This document shows positions 49,764 to 58,953 of a stretch of 64,000 nucleotides of DNA, piece after piece (the first letter of the stretch is position 1; each line of letters begins with the position of its first letter). The translations under genes were made by a program, and so were the position numbers. This DNA is from Candidatus Bathyarchaeia archaeon. GTDB lineage: Archaea > Thermoproteota > Bathyarchaeia > 40CM-2-53-6. The notes under the pieces are model-generated. The model had not been told where the DNA came from, did no database searches, and worked only from the letters and a program-made list of their open reading frames with translations. Location: contig JBEKSC010000015.1 in the NCBI GenBank assembly GCA_049517415.1, positions 1-64,000 of the forward strand, in the 5' to 3' direction.

Positions 49764-50450
49764 ATGCCTAATCGAACCATAGCGGTAATCGGTGGAACAG
49801 GCGACCAAGGTTTTGGTTTGGTCCTTCGTTGGGCCAAGGCGGGGGAAACAATCATCATTGGGTCAAGACAGCAGCAGAAGGCCGAAGACGCTGCAAAGAG
49901 GGCTCGGGATGCCCTTGGTGGAAAAGGTTCAGTTTCAGGTCTGGAAAACCCGAAGGCAGCAGCTGCAGCGGACATAATCGTCATGTCGGTCCCCTTCGCA
50001 GCCCACGTTGATATGATAAAGTCAGTTCATGACAGCATCAAACCGGACGATGTCTTCATAGACGTCGTAGTCCCACTCTCAACAGCCGTGGGAGGAGGCG
50101 CGTCAACGGCGCTCGGAGTCTGGGAGGGCTCAGCCGCGCAACAGGCGGCCAAACTGCTCCCGCCGCACACGAAAATCGCGTCCGCATTCCACAACGTAGT
50201 CGCAGAGTCACTGCAGGACATCAGCCATGATGTGGATTCGGATGTCATAATATGCGGTGATTCTCAAGAGGTCAGAAAGGTCGCCATGGATCTTGCGATG
50301 AAAATACCAGGCGTTAGGGCCATAGACGGAGGCCGCTTAGAGAATTCACGAATAGTGGAACAAATTACTGCCCTCCTAATCGGCATCAATATTCGTTATA
50401 AGGTCAGAAATGCAGGAATTCGGATAACCGGCCTCCCCACAGGCAGCTAG
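49764..50450 (+). CDS. npdG: F420-dependent NADP+ oxidoreductase
   Basis: IGGTGDQG.GL..R, IGSR...KA, GSAA, AFHNV, DGG.L.NSR.VE.IT.LL..IN.RY. Confidence 0.93.
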   Translation: MPNRTIAVIGGTGDQGFGLVLRWAKAGETIIIGSRQQQKAEDAAKRARDALGGKGSVSGLENPKAAAAADIIVMSVPFAAHVDMIKSVHDSIKPDDVFIDVVVPLSTAVGGGASTALGVWEGSAAQQAAKLLPPHTKIASAFHNVVAESLQDISHDVDSDVIICGDSQEVRKVAMDLAMKIPGVRAIDGGRLENSRIVEQITALLIGINIRYKVRNAGIRITGLPTGS

Positions 50451-50472
50451 AGGCGCGTTAGGAAATTCGCTT

Positions 50473-51684
50473 TTGCCACGCATCGTCGGTGTCGTTGGGA
50501 AACCGAACGTAGGAAAAAGCACATTCTTCAGTGCCTCCACTCTAGCGCATGTCCCGATCGCAAACTATCCCTTCACAACCATAAAGCCAAACATTGGCAT
50601 GGGATACGTCAGAACACCCTGCGTACACCCAGAGTTTAATGTCACCGACTCGCCCGGCAACTCCACCTGCGTCAATTCCATACGCCTCGTTCCCGTCGAA
50701 ATCGTTGACTGCGCTGGCCTGGTTCCAGGTGCCTGGCAGGGCCGAGGCCTAGGAAACCAGTTTCTGGATGAGATTCGCCAGGCAGATGCACTCATCCACG
50801 TTGTAGACGCTTCGGGTGGAACGGATTCTGAAGGAAAAACATGCGATCCAGGAACCCACGACCCCAAGGAAGATGTGCGTTTTCTTGAACATGAACTGGA
50901 CATGTGGATTTTGCAGATCGTTAAGAAGGAATGGGCCCGCGCCGTTAGGGAAGTTGAAGGAACCAAAGGCGACCTTCTGCTGATCTTAGAAGAGAAATTG
51001 AGCGGCCTTGGAATCCGCAAAGCCCACTTGCTCTCAGCCAAGGCCAAAACCAAACTCAACTTCGAGAAACCTAGCGCCTGGTCCGACGACAACCTCCTCA
51101 GCCTGATCACTGAGCTTCGTAAGGATTCGAAACCCCTCCTAATCGCAGCCAACAAGATGGATGTCCCACCGGCTGAGAAAAACTTGGAAACGTTGCGAGC
51201 AATGGGCTACATGGTTGTTCCCTGTTGCGCCGAAGCCGAACTTGCCCTGAGAAGGGCTGCGGAGAAGGAAATCATATCCTACGTCCCAGGTGATGGCAAC
51301 TTCGGAATCAGCGATAAGAGCAAGCTTTCACCCGAACAGGTCAACGCCCTAACAAGAATCAAGGAAAAGGTCCTCATTCCGCTAGGCTCGACCGGAGTTC
51401 AGGAAGCCCTGAACCTAGCCTTCTTCAAACTCCTCCAGATGGTTACGGTCTACCCGGTTGAGGACCCGGAAAAGCTCACCGACCACAAAGGCAGAATCCT
51501 CCCAGACGCGTACCTCGTGCCATACGGCACAACCGCGAAACAGTTCGCGGGAATGATCCATTCTGATCTCGCGGCAGGATTCCTGTACGCGACTGAGGTC
51601 AGGTCGAAGATGCGAATTTCAGATGAATACGTGTTAAAGGACAGAGACGTGATTTCAATTGTGAGCGCTAAAAGACACGCCTAG
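50473..51684 (+). CDS. ychF: Obg-family ATPase/GTPase YchF
   Basis: GKPNVGKSTFF, ANYPFTTI.PN, D.AGLVPGA..G.GLGN.FLD, ANK.D, C-terminal TGS domain. Confidence 0.93.
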   Translation: MPRIVGVVGKPNVGKSTFFSASTLAHVPIANYPFTTIKPNIGMGYVRTPCVHPEFNVTDSPGNSTCVNSIRLVPVEIVDCAGLVPGAWQGRGLGNQFLDEIRQADALIHVVDASGGTDSEGKTCDPGTHDPKEDVRFLEHELDMWILQIVKKEWARAVREVEGTKGDLLLILEEKLSGLGIRKAHLLSAKAKTKLNFEKPSAWSDDNLLSLITELRKDSKPLLIAANKMDVPPAEKNLETLRAMGYMVVPCCAEAELALRRAAEKEIISYVPGDGNFGISDKSKLSPEQVNALTRIKEKVLIPLGSTGVQEALNLAFFKLLQMVTVYPVEDPEKLTDHKGRILPDAYLVPYGTTAKQFAGMIHSDLAAGFLYATEVRSKMRISDEYVLKDRDVISIVSAKRHA

Positions 51685-51719
51685 CCCGACGCGGGTGCAG
51701 GTGGAGTTTTCGCGGGCTG

Positions 51720-52040
51720 AGCGCGCACGCTTGGAGGGACCCCCCAGGGGGTGACTCAGTTTTCTGGGTCAAACCGGGCCTGTTTTGCTGTTTTTTTGGG
51801 CAGCGGACAGGGCTGATTTTGTTTTTCCTGATACATGCTAGGTGAGACGGTGGACTATGGAGTTGTGATACTGGCCTTCTCATGAATTGCATTTGCGTGC
51901 GCACGCTTGAAAGACCCCCTAGGGGGGTGGTGTACTTTTTGGGGTCCGTCGGGGCTGATTTTGCAACCTTTCCTGACGCACGGTATGTTGCGTGCGCACG
52001 TTTTTGGCGATGGAGGTGGGTGGTGTAGTTTTGTAGGGAA
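51720..52040. repeat. Cluster of three degenerate palindromic (REP-like) repeats
   Basis: GCGCACG cores at ~51723, 51899 and 51994; C-run/G-run hairpins at 51739-51752 and 51914-51928; shared GGGCTGATTTTG...TTCCTGA in the first two units. Confidence 0.7.
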
Positions 52041-52111
52041 AACATGTCACTCATCCCTACTTGGGGTGGAGTATACGAGAGACTGGCTGCTAGTCCTGTA
52101 AGGTCTTCGGC

Positions 52112-52726
52112 CTAGCGGCTGGTTGTAGTGGTCACAGCGTAGTATGCTGCGATCAGAAGAATGACGACGACGCTTGCTAGCCCACTGAAGAGGGCGACTA
52201 GGAATGCTAGGGCGTAGAATAGCGGCCCAACGTAGTATTGGCGGGTTATCCCTCGCGCTTGGGCATCGGTAACATGCTTACCCAGCAATCGATGATTGGT
52301 TGAAGCATGACGCCAAAGAACGTGCCACGCTAAGGCGACGAGAAGTAATGCGCCCGAGTAAACAGCTGCAGCAGTCCTAGCATCGTTGGACAATATATGG
52401 TCGGCCACTAGGGACGTGGTGAACGGTGTGAGGATCACAAGAAGCAGCAGGAGACCGTTAAGGAACATGAAGCGCCTGTCAATTCGTCGAATGTAATTGA
52501 ACATGTTGTGATGATTCATCCACATAATCAGTATCGTAAGGAAACTCGTCACGAAAGCGAAGAAAGCAGGCCACTCCCCCACCAACCCCTGAAAAAGACT
52601 ACCGCCGATGCCGGAAATCGGATCCTTTAGACTCAAGACCAGTAATGTGATCGCGAAAGCGAAAACACCGTCGCTGAAAGCTTCAAGCCGCCCAGTCTCT
52701 TTCGCTTGGAAATTTTCTGCGCTCAG
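52112..52726 (-). CDS. TMEM175-family potassium channel (probable CTG start)
   Basis: Reading upstream of the track start (52636) gives ETGRLEAFSDGVFAFAITLLVL (RxxxFSD motif); also W.NHH..F and PFTT. Confidence 0.9.
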   Translation of the reverse strand: MSAENFQAKETGRLEAFSDGVFAFAITLLVLSLKDPISGIGGSLFQGLVGEWPAFFAFVTSFLTILIMWMNHHNMFNYIRRIDRRFMFLNGLLLLLVILTPFTTSLVADHILSNDARTAAAVYSGALLLVALAWHVLWRHASTNHRLLGKHVTDAQARGITRQYYVGPLFYALAFLVALFSGLASVVVILLIAAYYAVTTTTSR

Positions 52727-52733
52727 GTTTATC

Positions 52734-54011
52734 TCAACGCTTCTTCGATGATTTCTTCGTCAGCGTCTGATTTACGAAGACGACGTGTCCCGCTGGAACA
52801 TCCTCGGAGATAACCGTCCCAGGGCCAATGTGGGAACCAGACCCTACTCGGACCCCCGGCATTATGCTCGCGTTTATGCCGGTCTGAACGTCATCAGCCA
52901 TTATCACTCCCAGCTTCTTCCTTCCCGTACTCTGCAATCGACCCTTAACCTTCAAACTGAGAACTCTCTGGTCTAGGCGTATGTTTGCGGTTATGGTTCC
53001 GGCAGCTAAGTTGCAGCTCTCGCCGATTATGCTGTCGCCGATGTAGGAGAGGTGTGGGATCCTCGTCCCGGCCATGATTATGCTATTCTTAACCTCGCAG
53101 GATGTCCCCACAAGGACGTTATCTTCAATGCTTGTGGAGGGACGAATTCTCGCGTTGGGCCCGATTCTGCTCTCTTTGCCGATGTATACGGGCCCTTCAA
53201 TGTAACTGCCCGATTTGATTGATGCACTATCCTCGAGCCAGATAGGGCCCTTCAGAACCGCGCCTTGTTCAACCGTTCCATTAACTCGGTGGGGTAAGTT
53301 CGCTAGCACTCTCTCATTGGCTTCGAGGAGGTCCCAGGGCCTGCCGACATCCATCCAATCTTCCCGCGCAATGGCTGCGCCCAAAACCTCCTTCCCTTCG
53401 TCGAGCAAGTGTTGCAGGGAGCTGGTCAATTCGTACTCCGCCCTTTTTGACTTGGAGGTTTTCTCTACAGCTGCGAATACTTCATCGTCTAGGATGTATA
53501 CGCCAGAGTTTACCCAGCCTTCAGTCTGACGTGTTTTTGAAGGCTTTTCACGGATTGCAGCAAGTCGTTCACCACGAAGGGTTACAACTCCGAATTCGGA
53601 TGGGTTCTCTACGCGAACGACTCCCATGACCTTGGAGGATTCCTGAGATTTTTCAACAACTGCCTGGATAGCTGAGGAGTTTACCCAGAGGTCTCCATAG
53701 ATTGCGAGGAAGGATTCGTTCCCTACCGCAGCCTGCGCAATCTTGAGCGCGGACGCTGTTCCAGTCCAGCGTGGTTGTTTTAGGTACTTGATGCGGACGC
53801 CATAATGTGCGCCGTCACCTAGGGCTGATTCGATCTGGTCGCCTTTGAAGCCGACGACCATAATGATGTCTCTTACGGAGTTGTCAGCGAGTGCTTGGAG
53901 GATGTATGAGATGATTGGTTTTCCGACGACTGGGAGTATGTGTTTTGGTTTGGTTGCTGCGAGTGGCCACATTCGTGTCCCTTCTCCCGCAGCCAGAACA
54001 ACTGCTTTCAT
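52734..54011 (-). CDS. glmU: Bifunctional sugar-1-phosphate nucleotidyl/acetyltransferase (archaeal GlmU-like)
   Basis: MKAVVLAAGEGTRM.PL...KPK, YELT, W.DVGRPWDLL.ANE, hexapeptide repeats, HLSY.GDS.IG, GR.KLG. Confidence 0.9.
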   Translation of the reverse strand: MKAVVLAAGEGTRMWPLAATKPKHILPVVGKPIISYILQALADNSVRDIIMVVGFKGDQIESALGDGAHYGVRIKYLKQPRWTGTASALKIAQAAVGNESFLAIYGDLWVNSSAIQAVVEKSQESSKVMGVVRVENPSEFGVVTLRGERLAAIREKPSKTRQTEGWVNSGVYILDDEVFAAVEKTSKSKRAEYELTSSLQHLLDEGKEVLGAAIAREDWMDVGRPWDLLEANERVLANLPHRVNGTVEQGAVLKGPIWLEDSASIKSGSYIEGPVYIGKESRIGPNARIRPSTSIEDNVLVGTSCEVKNSIIMAGTRIPHLSYIGDSIIGESCNLAAGTITANIRLDQRVLSLKVKGRLQSTGRKKLGVIMADDVQTGINASIMPGVRVGSGSHIGPGTVISEDVPAGHVVFVNQTLTKKSSKKR

Positions 54012-54119
54012 TCTGCGCCACACTACCACTCGTTAGCGTTAGCTTCACTTTGGTTATGGTGGATTAGCGCTTTAAATTAACATATATGACAAGGATTGGG
54101 TTGGTGTTGTGTGGCGATT

Positions 54120-54398
54120 ATGGTTTTTGACGTTGTTTCTTTCATAGCCGGTGTGGCTGCGGGCGCCCTGGCTGCAGGGTTAGCGGGTTTCCTTTATGGG
54201 CTTGAGAGAACCGCGGACATTCAGGAAAAGTTACGCCTTGCCACAAACAAAGCTGATCAGTTGACTAATCTGGTTTCGAGTTCAGGCGGAAGCGATAGCA
54301 TCGACAGCCCTGGGAAGATGAAGGTGGATGAGTTGCAACGCGACCTGGACGAGATACAGGCTGAGATTAAGCGAATGTATAAGAGGACTACGCGTTAG
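54120..54398 (+). CDS. Hypothetical small membrane protein with coiled coil
   Basis: N-terminal TM (FIAGVAAGALAAG) and heptad-like C-terminus; TATA-like TTTAAATTAA upstream. Confidence 0.6.
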   Translation: MVFDVVSFIAGVAAGALAAGLAGFLYGLERTADIQEKLRLATNKADQLTNLVSSSGGSDSIDSPGKMKVDELQRDLDEIQAEIKRMYKRTTR

Positions 54399-55053
54399 GC
54401 TGTGCTGCCGGAGTAGCCACGTTAGCTGCTTTGGCTTGTTCGGTGACTTGGGCGGCGGTTGCGATAACTCCTGCCGGAATCGAGACTAGTCTCGATTTTC
54501 TGACGCCCACGTGCCTTAGGGGCGCGATTTTCTTTGCAAGGTTGTAAATGTCCGACCCTAGTTTGCCGAGGACAACCTCTTGGGCTAACTGGTCGTAGTT
54601 TAGGTTCGTGGCTTTGTCTTCAACAATCTGCCTCATAATCTGTCGAACGCCATGCTCCTGTGACGCCTTTATCCTGTCCCGGGTGAAAGCCACAATCGAA
54701 ATTCTTGATGAGTATTGGTCCCTCGTAGTTGCGTTGAAGATTCCGTCCATTCTAGTGCTGCCGCGCCGGACTAGGCTGCGGAGATAGTCGGTTGCATATT
54801 CGTGTGATTTCAGAATTGTATTTGCCCTATGGTCTTGTGCGTTGACGACCAGGAAGTATAATTTGATTGACTGGTGGGCGAAATCGTTCGTTATATCATA
54901 AAGTGTGGTTTCGACAACCCGTCCTATTATTGCGGCCGGGATTTCACATGGTATGCTAGCAACAAGATTTTCTCCGAAGTATGAGGGGCTGTAAACGTCG
55001 TACCATTCTTTCAGCCTCCACTTGTCCCTGACCTTTCTCGTGGCTTTAGACAA
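54388..55053 (-). CDS. rps3ae: 30S ribosomal protein S3Ae (eS1)
   Basis: DKW..K.WY.V.SP..F, GRV.ETTL.D.T.D, DYLRSLVRR..TR.D, KKI.PLR.V.VRKS. Confidence 0.95.
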   Translation of the reverse strand: MSKATRKVRDKWRLKEWYDVYSPSYFGENLVASIPCEIPAAIIGRVVETTLYDITNDFAHQSIKLYFLVVNAQDHRANTILKSHEYATDYLRSLVRRGSTRMDGIFNATTRDQYSSRISIVAFTRDRIKASQEHGVRQIMRQIVEDKATNLNYDQLAQEVVLGKLGSDIYNLAKKIAPLRHVGVRKSRLVSIPAGVIATAAQVTEQAKAANVATPAAQPNA

Positions 55054-55136
55054 CGATTTTCCACCGTTACCTCGGAATTCAGCAACCTACCCGTTGGGCG
55101 GTATTTAAAGCGTTCAGAGCACGATTTACGCGGTCT

Positions 55137-55385
55137 TCACTGAGATGGCGAGAGTTTCATGAGGGAAGATTCGGCGGCGCGTATGCAACGGAAGATATCT
55201 TGGACCGTGGCCTGCAATGTTTCAATTCTTTCGCAGCGCTTCACAGTGACTTTCAGCGTTTTTCCGCGGACGTTGGCGTGAAGTTGCATGCGTCGGTCGG
55301 GTAGTTTGTTTTCGGGTAATATGCCCTTCATAACGCTTTTTGCGAAAAGGGCGGAGGGGTATTGTAGTAGAATTTCAGCTTCCAT
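55137..55385 (-). CDS. Second KEOPS Pcc1-family protein (Pcc2-like)
   Basis: A.....I.PEN, L.V.V.......L.AT..D...C..AAE; position between RecJ-like and S3Ae. Confidence 0.75.
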   Translation of the reverse strand: MEAEILLQYPSALFAKSVMKGILPENKLPDRRMQLHANVRGKTLKVTVKRCERIETLQATVQDIFRCIRAAESSLMKLSPSQ

Positions 55386-56823
55386 GGTTCTGTTTCATCT
55401 GGTCGAGAAGGGCTTGGTCGAGTTCTTGTAGGAATTGCGTGGGTTCGTCGACTTTTATGTGTGCACCAGCGGCGACGTTGTGGCCTCCCCCAATGCCGGA
55501 GTATTTCTTCGCCGTGGTGCTCAGAGCGGAACCTAGATTCATACCCATTTTCAGAAGTTTGGGCGGCGCCCGAGCCGAGAGTTTGATCCCGCCGTCCTTG
55601 GCTTTGGTCAGGACGATTATTGCATTATCGGCTGATAGGTTACCCGCCGAGGAAATTATCGAGGAGAATGCTCCCGTCATGCTCTCTTGAATTTCATTCT
55701 CGCCGCGAATGACCCATATTACTTTGAATTTCTGAATCGCCTCTGGGGATTTCGTTAACCATTCCATGTAAGTTGCAAGAGTCTTCCGGTAAGTTGATGC
55801 AACCTCATTGGCCTCGTCAAGGGCGGTCTTTCTGTCACCCATACCTACGCTGACGCCTATGGATGGGTTTCCCGTGCGGCCGCAAGCGTTCAATAGTGCT
55901 GAGAACTCTCTCGCGTCTCTCGTTGTGCCGCCTGGGGGCTCATTTACCAGTGTGTATACGCTCCCGACCATGTCTAGTGCGACGCTTGACTGAAACCCTA
56001 TGGAGTTGAGGTGGCTCATGATGGCGTTGAGTAGTTTCTGCTTTTCATCTTGCGTTAGGTCGGCTATTGTTCGGAACCTGTCCCCGTCTTTCAAGCGGAT
56101 TCCGGCGTTCGAGAGGAGGGTTAGGCAGTTGTCTTCGCGGCCGCTCAGGTTGGGCATGTAAGGCGTTGTGGTGTAGGCTAACGACCTGTGAATCGGCCGT
56201 GTTTCCCTCCCATAGACGACGAGGTCTGTGTCTACTTTGACGTTTCCCGACGAAACGGCGTCTTCGACAAGGATCTCGTTCAAACCCGTTAGCGACCTTT
56301 TCTCGTTCTTGTCTTGCATGTCGCCTAGTGCGCCGACGATTCCTAGCGCGCTCAAGTCCTTGTTGTTCTGTGACATTGCTCGAGTCACAAGGTAGCTAAC
56401 GCCCGCCGCGCTAACCTTCGTCGCTCCGTCTATTCCATACTCGTGCGGGTTCAATTGCGTAATTCGCCCGGGTGCTTCGGCGTTGGGGGGATGATGATCC
56501 AGGACTATTGCGGTCTTCGCTTCGAGATGTGAGTTCAATAGGTCCAGGTAACCGCTTCCAATGTCCGTGAAGATGGCAACGTCAGGTTTTGTTTTTGAAA
56601 TCTCGTCTACAAGCTCTTCCCGCAGTTCTTCGACTATCCTCAGGGTGAACCTGGCGTTAGCGCGCGCTAAAGCTGAGCCCACTATTCCTGCAGACGACAG
56701 TCCGTCTGCATCGTGGTGTGAAACCGCCACGAAGAAGGAGTCTTTTTGGATGTTGTCTTTGACTACGCTAGCAACTGCGTTTGCCCGTTCGAGGAAGCCT
56801 TCTCGGTTACCTTGTGAAGCCAT
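55375..56823 (-). CDS. DHH family RecJ/Cdc45-like (GAN-type) protein
   Basis: HHDADGL, TD.GSG, LDHH, GALGDMQ, YGRETRP, LLNACGR, GGGH..AAGA; S15-RecJ-Pcc-S3Ae cluster; ATG at 56823. Confidence 0.9.
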   Translation of the reverse strand: MASQGNREGFLERANAVASVVKDNIQKDSFFVAVSHHDADGLSSAGIVGSALARANARFTLRIVEELREELVDEISKTKPDVAIFTDIGSGYLDLLNSHLEAKTAIVLDHHPPNAEAPGRITQLNPHEYGIDGATKVSAAGVSYLVTRAMSQNNKDLSALGIVGALGDMQDKNEKRSLTGLNEILVEDAVSSGNVKVDTDLVVYGRETRPIHRSLAYTTTPYMPNLSGREDNCLTLLSNAGIRLKDGDRFRTIADLTQDEKQKLLNAIMSHLNSIGFQSSVALDMVGSVYTLVNEPPGGTTRDAREFSALLNACGRTGNPSIGVSVGMGDRKTALDEANEVASTYRKTLATYMEWLTKSPEAIQKFKVIWVIRGENEIQESMTGAFSSIISSAGNLSADNAIIVLTKAKDGGIKLSARAPPKLLKMGMNLGSALSTTAKKYSGIGGGHNVAAGAHIKVDEPTQFLQELDQALLDQMKQNHGS

Positions 56824-57272
56824 TAGGCCACTGACGCCACGACGTGTTTGTATTCCCACTGTGGTGGGAGTTGTTCTTTGGCGCGGTAGTATTTGACGAG
56901 CCGGTGAATTTTCGACTCGATCATGGCCAAGGAACGCTTGTTAACGTAATCCTTTCTATTCTTCTCCAGGTGCCGCCTAAGGTGGTCCGACTTCTTCAGG
57001 AGTGCGCTCAAGTCTTCGGGAAGTGCCCCCGCTTGGTTTGCGGTTTGCAACAGCTCCCGCACTTTCTTTCCCGTAAGCGACTTCACTAGGGGTACGGCGT
57101 AATGGTCCCGCATGAGCATACCGATGGTGCTCGGCGAGTTGCCCTCCCTAGACAGTTTGAGAACTAGGGCCTCTACCTCTTCGGGCGTATACTTGCACCA
57201 GGCAGGTGCTTTCTTGCTTATGGGCCGAGTTGACCCTGACTTGCCCCGCTTACTCGTGTAAAGCCTAGCCGT
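56823..57272 (-). CDS. rps15: 30S ribosomal protein S15 (uS15/S13e-type; possible ACG start)
   Basis: RGKSGSTRP, PEDL..L.KK...LR.HLE.N.KD...KR.L..IESKI.RLV.YY. Track start is the GTG at 57281. Confidence 0.95.
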   Translation of the reverse strand, partial: TARLYTSKRGKSGSTRPISKKAPAWCKYTPEEVEALVLKLSREGNSPSTIGMLMRDHYAVPLVKSLTGKKVRELLQTANQAGALPEDLSALLKKSDHLRRHLEKNRKDYVNKRSLAMIESKIHRLVKYYRAKEQLPPQWEYKHVVASVA

Positions 57273-57392
57273 AATTTGCACGCTCCCAATCCGAAATTGT
57301 AACCTAGTCGATGACCCTTGATTATTTAACTTGTCTCAACAATAGGCATGTGGCCAAGACTTCGCTCTCACACCAAGAAGGTATCGGATGAA

Positions 57393-57707
57393 ATGAAATT
57401 TTGCGAGAAATGTGGAGGTTACATGAGGACGACCAAAGAGGGTTATGTTTGTTCGAAATGCGGCTATCAGCTCAAAGCTGAGGTGATTGACACAGTGAAG
57501 ATGACACCCGCTGAAAAGCCAACGGACATCGTAGACGCGCCTAGCCCTGAATACATGAAGGTAGCCGCGACATGCCCACGCTGTGGGCACAACGAAGCTT
57601 TCCGCAGCCTTGGATTCGTGTCTGGCGAACACGCAGGGGTCCGACAGGAGAGGGCCATGGAAAGATTTGTTTGCACAAGATGCGGCCATTCCTGGAGCAA
57701 CGCATGA
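57393..57707 (+). CDS. TFS/RpoM-like double zinc-ribbon protein lacking the canonical RSADEP motif
   Basis: MKFCEKCG...C.KCGY N-ribbon and CPRCGH.EA...C..CGHSW C-ribbon. Confidence 0.8.
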   Translation: MKFCEKCGGYMRTTKEGYVCSKCGYQLKAEVIDTVKMTPAEKPTDIVDAPSPEYMKVAATCPRCGHNEAFRSLGFVSGEHAGVRQERAMERFVCTRCGHSWSNA

Positions 57708-57713
57708 CCGTTC

Positions 57714-58304
57714 CTAAGGCATGATGCGCCTTCGCTTGACGACGAACCACTTCGAAAACCTCGCGAAGGCCAAAGCGCGATGTGAGAGAGCATTCTTCTC
57801 GTCAATTGTCATTTGAGCGAAGGTTCGGCCGTCTCCTCTTTTAGGTATGAAGATAGGGTCGAAACCGAAACCGTGAGTTCCTCTTGGTCTCCGACTTACA
57901 CGGCCTTGTACAAAGCCGGTGAAACATTTCGGGCGCGACGTCGGGGTGCAGAATGCAACTGAGGCCTGGAAGAAGGCTCCTCTGTCTTCGCGTTTCGCCA
58001 TGAGATTCAATACGCCAGCGGTCCCTAGCGTTTTGAACACATATGACGAGTACGGACCGGGGAAACCTGCTAACGCCTTTACGAAGAAACCCGCATCCTC
58101 TGAAACTACGGGGCGCCTCTTAGATCGCGCAGCGTCCATGGCTGCGAAAGAGGCGATCTCTGCCAAGTTATTTGATTGAATCTCCAGTTTGTCGATGCGC
58201 ACGTGCTTCAACGTGATCCCGAACCGTGCGGCAACATTAGCCGCCTCAATGAATTTCCCCTTGTTTCCGGTAGCGAAGTAGACCGTTCGCTTATGCTCTG
58301 TCAA
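57714..58304 (-). CDS. rdgB: Non-canonical purine NTP pyrophosphatase (RdgB/HAM1)
   Basis: FATGN.GK..E, EIQ, ED.GFFV.AL.GFPGPYS, GFGFDPIF.P, EKN..SHR. TTG start at 58304. Confidence 0.95.
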   Translation of the reverse strand: MTEHKRTVYFATGNKGKFIEAANVAARFGITLKHVRIDKLEIQSNNLAEIASFAAMDAARSKRRPVVSEDAGFFVKALAGFPGPYSSYVFKTLGTAGVLNLMAKREDRGAFFQASVAFCTPTSRPKCFTGFVQGRVSRRPRGTHGFGFDPIFIPKRGDGRTFAQMTIDEKNALSHRALAFARFSKWFVVKRRRIMP

Positions 58305-58953
58305 AGTATCTCCCACGCTTCTCCACCTCACGCATCTTTAGCAAGGTCTCCTTAGCTCGCTTTTTGCCAACAGCCCTTCCGTAGCCTTTCAAGAAGGCAT
58401 TGAAGAGAACCGAATGTAACGAGTAATGTGTGCTCTTCATCGCCCTGTGGAGGAGAAGTAGATCTACACCCTTGCCCTCTAGCTCGTGTGAGAAGTCACC
58501 TAGGCCGAAGTCGATCATGTACAAGTTGCCGTCCTCGGATAGTACGTTCGAAATCGTCATGTCCCCATGAACAATTCCACCTTCATGCATTAGCCCAAGA
58601 ATGTTGCCGAGTGAGTTGCATCGTTCGCGGCGTTTTGATATTGAGAGTTTGTAGAGCTCTTCCTTGAGCGTTGGGCCAGGGACGTAATCCATGATTATCG
58701 TGGTAGATTCAGGGTCTATGTGTTGAATGGTTGGGACGGGAACGCCGAGTTTCCTCACTTCGTGCATCATGTTTGCTTCATGTGCCGTCCTCCTTCGGCG
58801 GATTGATTCGTCGAGTTCAGGAACTCTGTACGGCTTTGGTATGCGGCTCTTTCTGATCGCCAGCTCCCCATGCCAATCTTGGAGGTAGATTTCGGCTTCG
58901 GCGCCTTTGTAAATGAGCTTAACTGGCCTCTCTTCTCCAGGGGATGTCAACAT
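58291..58953 (-). CDS. bud32: KEOPS kinase/ATPase Bud32
   Basis: GAEA, K.R..K.YR..ELD..IR..RT..EA, IVHGD.T.SN, IDFGL, VDL.LL, RGRY. Confidence 0.95.
   Translation of the reverse strand: MLTSPGEERPVKLIYKGAEAEIYLQDWHGELAIRKSRIPKPYRVPELDESIRRRRTAHEANMMHEVRKLGVPVPTIQHIDPESTTIIMDYVPGPTLKEELYKLSISKRRERCNSLGNILGLMHEGGIVHGDMTISNVLSEDGNLYMIDFGLGDFSHELEGKGVDLLLLHRAMKSTHYSLHSVLFNAFLKGYGRAVGKKRAKETLLKMREVEKRGRYFDRA

Noticed and set aside
51668..52101. ORFs 51668-52054(-) and 51907-52101(+), and a possible CRISPR or tRNA in this spacer
   Set aside because: The ORFs translate repeat DNA; units are degenerate with irregular spacing; no cloverleaf or TTCG T-loop.
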